A DNA stretch of 64,000 nucleotides from Alphaproteobacteria bacterium (lineage in GTDB: Bacteria; Pseudomonadota; Alphaproteobacteria; UBA828). The stretch is taken from the NCBI GenBank assembly GCA_965214705.1, contig OZ243972.1:1664001-1728000 (forward strand), written 5' to 3'. The notes beneath the pieces are model-generated. The model was not told the DNA's origin and did no database searches. It was given only the letters and a program-made list of their open reading frames with translations. Made by a program: the position numbers and the translations under genes. Positions within the stretch are counted from its first letter, which is position 1. Each line of letters opens with the position of its first letter. Below, one piece after another: positions 20,918 through 29,502 of the stretch.

Positions 20918-23133
20918 TGGCGTTCGCCGAATCCCATGCCGCCGCACCCAGCGCCGCTTCCGACGCCGAGGCGAGCGGCGCTTTCGACCCCTACATCGAG
21001 ACGCGGGACGGCCGCCACACGTTGCGCTTCCTCGTTGACGGCATCCACTGTGGCCAGTGCGTGTGGAAGATCGAACAGGCGCTCACGCGTGAGCCGGGCG
21101 TGACTGCCGCACGGGTCAACCTCTCGACCAGGCGGCTCGCGCTCACCTGGCGGGGCGCGGCGAGCGATGCATCGCGCCTCGTCGATGCGGTGGAGCGGCT
21201 CGGCTATCGCCTCGTCGCCTACGACCCCGCTGCGCTCGACAGCGGCACAAGGCAGGAGGAGCGCGCCCTGCTGCGCGCCGTCGCCGTCGCCGGCTTCGCC
21301 ACGGCCAACGTGATGCTGCTCTCCATCGCGGTCTGGGCCGGGGCGGTTCAGGACATGGGTCCGGCGACGCGGGATCTGATGCACTGGATCGCGGCGCTCA
21401 TCGCGCTGCCGGCAGTGGCTTACGCCGGGCGCCCCTTCTTCCGCGCGGCGCTCGCCGCAATCTCGCACCGGCAGCTCACGATGGAGGTGCCGATCTCGCT
21501 CGCGGTGATCGCGGCAGCCGCCATGAGCCTGTTCGAGACCGCGTCCGGCGGCACGCACGTCTACTTCGATTCCGCCTGCGCGCTGCTCTTCTTCCTGCTC
21601 ATCGGGCGTTATCTCGACCGCCGCGCGGTGGGCCGCGCGCGCTCGGCGGCGGAACAGCTTCTCGGGCTGAGAGCGCACGCCGTCACGGTGATCGACGCCG
21701 ACGGGCACGAGCGCCGGGTTGCGCCGGAGCAGGTCCGCCCCGGTATGCAGGTCCTGGTCGCTGCAGGCGAGCGGATCGGGGTGGACGGCACGGTGGAGGG
21801 CGTAGCCGGCACGGTCGACACCAGCCTCATCACCGGCGAGGCCGGGCCCGCAACACTCGCGCATGGCGCCGCCGCTTACGCCGGCATGATCAATCTCGCC
21901 GGGCCGCTCCGGCTCTCGGTGACGGCGGTGGGCAACGATACGCTGTTGGCGGAGATCGTGCGCCTCACCGAGGCGGCCGAGGCGGAGCGCACCCGCTACC
22001 AGGCCCTCTCCGACCGCCTGGCGAGCCTCTACGCACCCATCGTGCACGGGCTCAGCGTGGCGAGCTTCCTCGGCTGGTATCTGATTGGCGGCGTCGACTG
22101 GCAGGCCGCGCTGCTCATCGCCATCGCCGTGCTCATCGTCACCTGCCCCTGCGCCTTTGGGCTGGCCGTGCCCATGGTGCAGGCCGTGACCAGCGGGCGC
22201 CTGATGCGGCGGGGCGTCATCGTGAAGTCCGGCACCGCGCTGGAGCGGCTGGCCCGCATCGACCAGGTGGTCCTCGACAAGACCGGCACGCTGACCTGCG
22301 GCACGCCGGTGCCCGACTTCGACGGTATCAAGACCGCCGACCTCGAGATCGCGGCATCGCTCGCTGCGGCGAGCCGCCATCCCCTGGCCCAAGCGCTCGC
22401 CCGTGCTCACGGCGCCGCGCGTCCGGCGCAGGACGTGACGGAAACTCCGGGGTTCGGACTAGAGGGCACGGTCGCTGGCACCCGCGCGCGCCTCGGCAGC
22501 CGGGCCTGGTGCGGCGTGGCGGAGGACGACGAGGCCGAGGGGCCCGAGCTCTGGCTCGCGCGCGAGGGCCGCGCGCCGGTGCGTATCCCGTTTTCCGACA
22601 CCCTGCGGCCCGACGCCGCTTCTGTGGTCGAGCGGGTGCAGGCGCTGGGCCTGCCGGTCACGCTTCTCTCCGGCGACCGGCCGGCGACGGTCGAGAGGGT
22701 GGCGGCGACACTCGGTCTCGATCGCTTGCGGGCGTCGTGCAAGCCCGACGACAAGGCGGCGACGCTCGCCCGACTCACGCGCGAGGGCCATCGCCCCCTC
22801 ATGGTCGGCGACGGGATCAACGACGCGCCGGCGCTGGCAACGGCCTTCGTCTCCATGTCGCCGGCGAGCGGCGCGGACGTGAGCCAGGCAGCCGCCGATC
22901 TGGTGTTCCAGGGCGAGAGGCTTGCGCCCGTGGCCGAGACCATCGCGCTTGCCCGGCGCGCGGCGAGGGTGGTGTTTCAGAACTTCGCGCTCGCCTTTTC
23001 CTACAATGTCATCACCATTCCGCTGGCGATGGCGGGGCTGGTGTCGCCGCTGGTCGCGGCGATCGCGATGTCCGCGTCTTCGCTCGCGGTCGTGCTGAAC
23101 GCCTTGCGCCTCGGACGGGAGGGCGCCGCATGA
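20917..23133 (+). CDS. ccoI: Copper P1B-type ATPase
   Basis: CGQC HMA, CPC, DKTGTLT, GDGINDAP. Confidence 0.93.
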   Translation: MAFAESHAAAPSAASDAEASGAFDPYIETRDGRHTLRFLVDGIHCGQCVWKIEQALTREPGVTAARVNLSTRRLALTWRGAASDASRLVDAVERLGYRLVAYDPAALDSGTRQEERALLRAVAVAGFATANVMLLSIAVWAGAVQDMGPATRDLMHWIAALIALPAVAYAGRPFFRAALAAISHRQLTMEVPISLAVIAAAAMSLFETASGGTHVYFDSACALLFFLLIGRYLDRRAVGRARSAAEQLLGLRAHAVTVIDADGHERRVAPEQVRPGMQVLVAAGERIGVDGTVEGVAGTVDTSLITGEAGPATLAHGAAAYAGMINLAGPLRLSVTAVGNDTLLAEIVRLTEAAEAERTRYQALSDRLASLYAPIVHGLSVASFLGWYLIGGVDWQAALLIAIAVLIVTCPCAFGLAVPMVQAVTSGRLMRRGVIVKSGTALERLARIDQVVLDKTGTLTCGTPVPDFDGIKTADLEIAASLAAASRHPLAQALARAHGAARPAQDVTETPGFGLEGTVAGTRARLGSRAWCGVAEDDEAEGPELWLAREGRAPVRIPFSDTLRPDAASVVERVQALGLPVTLLSGDRPATVERVAATLGLDRLRASCKPDDKAATLARLTREGHRPLMVGDGINDAPALATAFVSMSPASGADVSQAAADLVFQGERLAPVAETIALARRAARVVFQNFALAFSYNVITIPLAMAGLVSPLVAAIAMSASSLAVVLNALRLGREGAA

Positions 23134-23300
23134 GCATGCTCCTCTATCTTATCCCCGCCGCGGTGTTTCTCGGCCTCCTCGGCCTCGGCGCCTTTCTGTG
23201 GTCCGTGCGCTCGGGCCAGTACGACGACCTCGACGGCGCGGCGCACCGCATCCTCTTCGACGACGAGACGCGCGAGGAGCGCGAGGAAGATCAGCCATGA
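23130..23300 (+). CDS. ccoS: cbb3 maturation protein
   Basis: LLYLIP...WSVRSGQYDDLDGAAHRILFDD. Confidence 0.92.
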   Translation: MSMLLYLIPAAVFLGLLGLGAFLWSVRSGQYDDLDGAAHRILFDDETREEREEDQP

Positions 23301-24070
23301 CGACGGATCAGACGGCGACGGGATTCGGGCTCCCGTCCGAGAAGCGGATCGGCTTCGACCATCCGTGGGCCTGGCTCGCGGCCGGCTACCGCGACATGAA
23401 GAAGTCCCCCCACGTGAGCCTCAGCTACGGCGCGCTCTTCGCCGCCATGGGGTGCCTGCTGACCTACGGCCTCTACGAGCTGGACGCGGTCTACGTCGCG
23501 CTGCCGCTGGCGGCGGGCTTCATGCTGATGGGGCCGCTGCTCGCCGTCGGGCTCTACGAGGTGAGCCGCCGCCATGCTGCGGGCGAGAAGGTGACGCTGG
23601 GAGCGGCGTTCGGCGCCTGGCGGCGCGATCCCGGCGGCGTGTTCGCGCTCGGCTTCGTGCTGATGCTGGTGTTCCTGCTCTGGATCCGCATCGCGACGCT
23701 GCTCTTCGCGCTCTTCTACGGTGTCGGCGAGTTCCACGCCGAAGCGTTCGTCTCCGAGACCTTCTTCTCGTTCAAGACAATCTGGTTCCTGATCACGGGC
23801 ATCGGCATCGGCGCCGTGTTCGCGACCATCGTCTTCTCGATGAGCGCGATCGCCTTCCCCATGATCATCGACCGGAAGTCGGGCGCGACGGTGGCCATCC
23901 TCTGCAGCCTGCGCGCGGTCGCCCACAACTGGCGCCCGCTGGTCCTCTGGGCCGGCCTGATCGTCGCCTTCTCGATCGCAGGCCTCGTGGTCGTCTATAT
24001 CGGCCTGATCGTCACCCTGCCGCTGATCGGCCACGCGAGCTATCACGCCTACCGCGACCTGGTCGAGTAG
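23297..24070 (+). CDS. DUF2189 membrane protein
   Basis: PWAWLAAGYRD...GPLLAVGLYEVSRR...PLIGHASYHAYRDLV. Confidence 0.85.
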   Translation: MTTDQTATGFGLPSEKRIGFDHPWAWLAAGYRDMKKSPHVSLSYGALFAAMGCLLTYGLYELDAVYVALPLAAGFMLMGPLLAVGLYEVSRRHAAGEKVTLGAAFGAWRRDPGGVFALGFVLMLVFLLWIRIATLLFALFYGVGEFHAEAFVSETFFSFKTIWFLITGIGIGAVFATIVFSMSAIAFPMIIDRKSGATVAILCSLRAVAHNWRPLVLWAGLIVAFSIAGLVVVYIGLIVTLPLIGHASYHAYRDLVE

Positions 24071-24411
24071 CGGCGACAGTCAGACCGGGCACGGACCGGA
24101 CAAGGTTAAGGGTTGGGCAGGCTCTCGAGAGAGAGCCTGCCCAACCCTTTTGAACGAAGCCGCGGGCCACGAGAGGCGAAGTTGAGCTATGTGGAAAGTG
24201 CGCTGATGTCAGCGTCAGGCGGCATCCACCGGCAGCAGAGTTGCGCATAAAATCGACGCTCGCGCCGGTCTTTCGGCAGGCATGCGGGCGCACGCTGCGA
24301 GGACTGAGCGGGGTGTGAGCCGAGGGCTGTCAGCCCGGCTCAAGCGGAGACAGGTTCGGTCGTGCGTCGGCGCTTTGGCGCCGTTGCGCGGGGCCGAAGC
24401 GAGCGGGCGTC

Positions 24412-25653
24412 TCACGGTTTCCCCCTGTGGGTCGGCGGCAGCGCCGGCGGGCCGCGCGTCGAGCGGGGCTCATGGCGGCGGCGGATTTCGCGGACGAGGC
24501 GCATGACGCCGCCGCAGTGGGGGCAGGCCACGGGCGCGGTGCCGATCTCGGGCTCTTCGTCGGGCTCGGCCCGAGCGCCGTCCACGCTTCCCTCGGGGGC
24601 GGCGCAGCCGAGGGCGCCGAGAGCCTGGCGTGCTCTCTCCAGCGTGCTGGCGCGGCAGCCGTTGGCGAGGATGCCGAAGTAGCGAATGCGGTGCATGCCG
24701 TCCGGCAGGACGTGCCTCAGGAAGCGGCGGATGAACTCGTCGGCGCTCACGGTGGCGATGCCGTAGCGCGGCTTTCTCTGCCCCGGCGCCTTGGGCTTTC
24801 GGTGGCGGAAGGAGACCGTCTCGCCGTCGAAGGAGACGATGCGGCTGTCGGAGATGGCGATCCTGTGCGTGTAGTGCGAGAGGTACCGGAAGACCTGCTC
24901 AGGCCCGCGGAAGGGCCGCTTGGCGTAGACCACCCAGTCCCTGGCCCGGGCGGCGGCAAGCGTGGCGTGGAACTCGCCGGGATTGGCGAGGTGGGCGAGG
25001 GTGCCGTGGAACTCCAGGTCCCCCCGGCCGTGGGCGCGGGCGAGCTCCTCGAGGAAGAGGCGGCGGAACAGGCTGCCGAGGACCTTGACGGGGGCGAGGA
25101 AGGTGGTGCTCCCCGTCTTCCACTCGCCACTGTCTACGTCGAAGCCCGCGTTGGGCACGACCACGTGCAGGTGCGGGTGGAAGCGGAGCTTCTGATCCCA
25201 GGTATGGAGGACCGCGGTGCCGCCGATGCGCATGCCGCCGTGGCGGGGATCGGCGGCGATGGTGCGCAGGGTCTCGGCGACGGCCCGGAAGAGGATGTCG
25301 AACACCACCCTGCGGTTGCAGAAGGCAATGGCGGCAACCTCCTTGGGCAGGGTGAAGACCACATGGAAGTAGGGCACCGGCAGGATGTCCCCGGCGCGCT
25401 CCTCGCTCCAGAGGTTGGCGGCGAGACCCTGGCAGGTGGGGCAGTGGCGGTTGCGGCAGGAGTTGAAGAGCGGATGCTCGCGCCCGCAGCCCTCGCAGGC
25501 GTACATGTGGCCGCCGAGCACGGCGGTGCGGCACGCCTCGATGGCGCCCATGACCTTGAGCCGGGCGGCGTCGATGCGCCCTTTGTGGCGCTCACGGAAA
25601 GCGGCGCCGGCGCGGCGGAAGATCTCCGCCACGCCCGCGCGTTCGGCCTCCAC
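24412..25653 (-). CDS. IS91-family rolling-circle (Y2) transposase
   Basis: NSCRNRHCPTCQ Zn finger, YFHVVFTLP, LHTW...HPHLH (HUH), YLSHYTHR. Confidence 0.95.
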   Translation of the reverse strand: MEAERAGVAEIFRRAGAAFRERHKGRIDAARLKVMGAIEACRTAVLGGHMYACEGCGREHPLFNSCRNRHCPTCQGLAANLWSEERAGDILPVPYFHVVFTLPKEVAAIAFCNRRVVFDILFRAVAETLRTIAADPRHGGMRIGGTAVLHTWDQKLRFHPHLHVVVPNAGFDVDSGEWKTGSTTFLAPVKVLGSLFRRLFLEELARAHGRGDLEFHGTLAHLANPGEFHATLAAARARDWVVYAKRPFRGPEQVFRYLSHYTHRIAISDSRIVSFDGETVSFRHRKPKAPGQRKPRYGIATVSADEFIRRFLRHVLPDGMHRIRYFGILANGCRASTLERARQALGALGCAAPEGSVDGARAEPDEEPEIGTAPVACPHCGGVMRLVREIRRRHEPRSTRGPPALPPTHRGKP

Positions 25654-25659
25654 GCGCCG

Positions 25660-26538
25660 TCAGTTGCGCAACGCTGCGAAGCCTGAGATCGGGTGGTCGA
25701 GGCCCTCGAACATCTTGCCGGTGACGCGGGCGTAGTGACGGGTCGTGTTCGCGCTTCGATGGCCGAGCATGTCCCGGATCACCTCGATATCGCCGCCGCG
25801 CTCGAGGAGATGGGTCGCCGCCGAATGGCGCAGGCAATGGAAGGTGTAGCTGCGGTCGAGCTCGGCAATGTCGCGCGCCCTCCTGAAGGCGGCCTGCAAG
25901 GTCTCCGTTGCGATGGGCCTGTCGAGCGAGACGCCGTAGAAGAGCCAGCTCGTCGGACGCGGCCAGATGTTCCTGTAGTAGACGCGCAAGTAGTGGATGA
26001 CGATGTCCGGCAACGGTGCCATTCTCTCGGTGCCGCCTTTGCCGGAGGGGATGTGCAGCAGCTTCTTCTCCGACAGGATGTCGCCGACCTTGATGGCCAA
26101 GGTCTCGGAGATGCGGAGCCCGCCGCCATAGCCGGTGACAATGGCAGCACGGTGGCGGAGGTCGGGTGTCGCAAGGATGAGGTGCTCGACCTCCTGCTCC
26201 GACATGTAGCGCGGCAGCTTGCCGGGCTTCTTGCGGGAGCGCAGGCCGGCGACATGGTCAGGCCAGCCGAGTGTGTCGATGTAGAGGAAGTTCAGCGCGG
26301 CGAAGGAGACGTTGGTCGTGCCCGGACTGAGCCCCTTGTCGATCCGCCCCAGGTACCACTGGCGCACCTGCTCGGCGTCGAGCTCGTCCGGCGAGGCGTC
26401 GTAGTACCTGGCCAGGTTCTTGATCTCGCAGATGTAGGCCTTGGACGTGCTCGCGGCCAGATTGGCGATGCGGAGCTGCTCCTCCATGCGCTGGCGAAGA
26501 GGGGTGACGGTGTTCGTGTCGCACGCGGTCCCGGTCAT
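25660..26538 (-). CDS. Tyrosine recombinase/integrase
   Basis: TPLRQRM N-terminus, GLRISE, HCLRHSAATHLLE, LGH...TRHY. Confidence 0.93.
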   Translation of the reverse strand: MTGTACDTNTVTPLRQRMEEQLRIANLAASTSKAYICEIKNLARYYDASPDELDAEQVRQWYLGRIDKGLSPGTTNVSFAALNFLYIDTLGWPDHVAGLRSRKKPGKLPRYMSEQEVEHLILATPDLRHRAAIVTGYGGGLRISETLAIKVGDILSEKKLLHIPSGKGGTERMAPLPDIVIHYLRVYYRNIWPRPTSWLFYGVSLDRPIATETLQAAFRRARDIAELDRSYTFHCLRHSAATHLLERGGDIEVIRDMLGHRSANTTRHYARVTGKMFEGLDHPISGFAALRN

Positions 26539-27109
26539 TATCGATCTCCCTGGATCGCGACGGCGCGCCGCCGGACCGATCCGGCGACGGTCCGTCGCAG
26601 GGGTCGATACTAACCACTGGTGATCGGGAGGCTGCTGGGGATCCGCCACCCGACGGGCGGAGCGCCACTGACGCAACCGGGAAGCGAACGCACAGAACAA
26701 ACGGCACCCGCGACGCCTCGGAAATGAATGAACTCTACGCCGCTAACTCCGCGTAGCGGCTTCGTTCAAACACATCTGCAGTTGGGCGCGTCGATCCAGC
26801 CGATGAAGGCGCGCTGGACAGGTTCACCGTTCGTGTCTTGGGAGTCGCTATTGCGCAACCGACAACACCGCACGTCGAAGGCGACCAGATCAGGGACGAA
26901 GGCATGTCCCCCAATCCGTTCGAGATCGACGCCTACCCGCCGTCACAGGTGGCGCGGAACTCCTCACTCGAAACAATCTCATCACCGTGGCCTGGGTGTT
27001 GTTCGGCACGCAGTTAGGGCGCCGATCGGCGTTATAAGGTGTTGATGTGCTTCGATTCAGAGGGGTCAAACGGCGATGCTTAACAACAGATTACCCGCGC
27101 CGAACAACA

Positions 27110-28483
27110 TCAGAGCCGGGCGACGGTCTCGGAGAAGCGGTCCCGCTTGAGCAGCCGGCCGCGGCCGGGCTGACCCAGCACTCGACCGCGGTCCACCACA
27201 ACCTCGCCGCGCGAGAGTGTCAGGCGCGGCCAGCCTTCGACCTCCCAGCCCTCGAAGGGGTCCCAGTCGGCCGCTGAGTGCATGTCTTCCGCGCGGATGG
27301 TCCTTTTGGCCTTGGGGTCGAACGCCACGATGTCCGCATCGGCGCCGATGGAAATGGTACCCTTGCGCGGATAAAGCCCGAAGAGCCGCGCCGGGTTGGT
27401 CGCCGTGACCTCGACCATGCGGTTGAAGCTGAGCCGCCGCCTCAGCACGCCCTGCGAATAGAGCAGCGGGACCATGGTCTCCAGTCCGGCCATGCCGGCA
27501 AGAATCTCGTCAACCTTGTCGAAGGTCTTCTTCTGCTGAAACGACCAGCCGTCATGGTCCGTGGCGACGGTCTGCAGGACCCCGCTCTCCAGCCCCTGCC
27601 ACAGGATATCCATCTGGTCCGCCTCGCGGAGCGGCGGCCAGCCGGCATAGAGAATGCCGTCCTCTTCCTCCATCCGGGCGTGCGAGAAGTGGAGGTAACA
27701 GGGCCGGGTTTCGCCGTAGACGGTGTGGCCCCTGCCGCGCGCAATGGCGAGGCTCTCCAGGCTCTCCTCACAGGAGAGATGGACCAGGTAGGCCGGGACC
27801 TCCGCCACCTGCGCCATGCCGATGCCCCGCATGGCGGCGATGCCTTCCGCAGCGCGCGGCCGCGAATCGGCGAAGTACCGGGCGCCGTATTTCCCGTCCG
27901 CGTTGAAGAGCCGCGCCAGGTACTCGAGGCAGCAGGCGTCCTCGACGTGGAGATTGACCAGCCCGCCGTGGCGGCCGACCTGCGCCATCATCCGCATGAA
28001 GCCGTCGATGTGGTGCTCGAACGTCCCCATCATGAAAATCTTGAAACTGGTGTGGCCGTCGGCGATGACATCCGGGATCTGCTGGATCGCGGCGTCGTCG
28101 GGCTCGAAGACGGCGACATGAAAGCCGTAGTCGATGACGGCCTTGTCGCGGGCCTTGCCGTGCCAGGCCTGGATCGTCTCCTGCGGCGTCTGGCCGGGGC
28201 CAGGCAAGGCATAGTCGATGAGCGTGGTGACGCCGCCGCAGGCCGCCGCGACGGTGCCGCTATGAAAATCCTCGACCGATTGCAGGCCCTGGAACTCCAC
28301 GTCGACGTGGGTGTGCACGTCGACGGCGCCCGGCAGCAGGTAGAGGCCCGAGACGTCGAGTGTCCGCTGCGCCGGGCCGAGGTCGAAACCTAGGCGTGCG
28401 ATCCTGCCGCCCTCGATGCCGATGTCGGCGTCGAAGGTGTCGCCGGCCGTCACCACCCTGCCGCCGCGCAGGATCAGGTCCAT
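27110..28483 (-). CDS. hydA: Dihydropyrimidinase/hydantoinase
   Basis: PGAVDVHTH, SFKIFM, ATDH, NPARLFGLYPRKG. Confidence 0.9.
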   Translation of the reverse strand: MDLILRGGRVVTAGDTFDADIGIEGGRIARLGFDLGPAQRTLDVSGLYLLPGAVDVHTHVDVEFQGLQSVEDFHSGTVAAACGGVTTLIDYALPGPGQTPQETIQAWHGKARDKAVIDYGFHVAVFEPDDAAIQQIPDVIADGHTSFKIFMMGTFEHHIDGFMRMMAQVGRHGGLVNLHVEDACCLEYLARLFNADGKYGARYFADSRPRAAEGIAAMRGIGMAQVAEVPAYLVHLSCEESLESLAIARGRGHTVYGETRPCYLHFSHARMEEEDGILYAGWPPLREADQMDILWQGLESGVLQTVATDHDGWSFQQKKTFDKVDEILAGMAGLETMVPLLYSQGVLRRRLSFNRMVEVTATNPARLFGLYPRKGTISIGADADIVAFDPKAKRTIRAEDMHSAADWDPFEGWEVEGWPRLTLSRGEVVVDRGRVLGQPGRGRLLKRDRFSETVARL

Positions 28484-28512
28484 CTCAGGCCCTCCCTTCC
28501 GGCGGTTTCCGT

Positions 28513-29502
28513 TCAGGGGTCGAGGCGGACGACACCGTTCTCCACCAGCACGCGGTCATCGAGGCGGACGGTCGGGCAGTAGATGACCATGTCGAGATGG
28601 ACGGGACAGCGCACCGTGCCGCCGTAATAGATATTATCGCCGAAGGCGATGTGGACGTTGCCGCGCGCCTTCTTCTCTTCCTGGAAGCTGCCGTTACGGA
28701 GGCACACGCCGTTGAGGCCGATGCCGAACTCGGCGATGTTGTCGGCATCGGGCACCGTCTCCAGTATGTGGCGCAGATGCGCAGCCTCGGGCCCCTCGCC
28801 GCTCACGCTCACGGCCCGACCGCCCCGCACCTCAACCCGAATCGGGGTTGCGGGCCGGGCGATGCCGGTGCCCGGCCCGTCAATCACGATTACGCCCTCG
28901 GCCTCGCCCTCCAGCGGGCGAGAGGAGACCTCGCCGTCGGAGAAGGCGGCGTTCTTCCCCGGCGCGGTCGCGTAGCCGCACTCTACGACTACGGTGTCGG
29001 AGCCGATGGGCGCGGCGATATCGGTACCGGCTTCCGTCGTGATGCGCATGGTATGCCCGGCGGCCCAGAGTGCCGCCAGCGCCTGTCCTTCGGCGTAGAG
29101 CGCTCGGTAGTCGGCCAGCGCGCCGCCGCCGGTGAAGTTCGAGAGCTCGCGCATGACCATGGACATGGTGCGGATGCGCTTCTCCGTCAGCAGCTCCTTG
29201 ACGCGGGCGGCATAGGCCGGCGCGCCGCCGGAGCCGGTCAGGCTGATCAGCACGTCGGTCTTCTCGAACGCGGCCTCGACCATCGGGCTCAGCTGGTTCT
29301 TTCGCTCCGGCGGGCGCGAAGGCTGATGGAGGATGGCCCACTCCGCGTCGGCCGAGGCCGCGACGTTGGCAAGCGCTCGGACCATCTCCATCGCGCTGTG
29401 ATCGTCGACGACGATTGCCACGGTCTCGCCGGGCCTAATGGCGAGCAGCTCGCGCCCGACGAGGCGGGCGCTCTCGGCCACGTCGATGGTCGCCGGCGCC
29501 AT
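28513..29502 (-). CDS. Aminopeptidase T (M29)-like metalloprotein
   Basis: DGEV, IAEFGIGLN, EEKK..GNVHIAFGDN, HLD. Confidence 0.75.
   Translation of the reverse strand: MAPATIDVAESARLVGRELLAIRPGETVAIVVDDHSAMEMVRALANVAASADAEWAILHQPSRPPERKNQLSPMVEAAFEKTDVLISLTGSGGAPAYAARVKELLTEKRIRTMSMVMRELSNFTGGGALADYRALYAEGQALAALWAAGHTMRITTEAGTDIAAPIGSDTVVVECGYATAPGKNAAFSDGEVSSRPLEGEAEGVIVIDGPGTGIARPATPIRVEVRGGRAVSVSGEGPEAAHLRHILETVPDADNIAEFGIGLNGVCLRNGSFQEEKKARGNVHIAFGDNIYYGGTVRCPVHLDMVIYCPTVRLDDRVLVENGVVRLDP

Larger units (their letters stand above)
24105..26770 (-). mobile_element. IS91-family element with tyrosine recombinase, complete copy 2
   Basis: int + Y2 tnp; 15-bp inverted motif TTTGAACGAAGCCGC at 24149-24163 and 26756-26770; terminal palindrome 24108-24149; followed by CTTG on the element strand. 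Confidence 0.88.
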
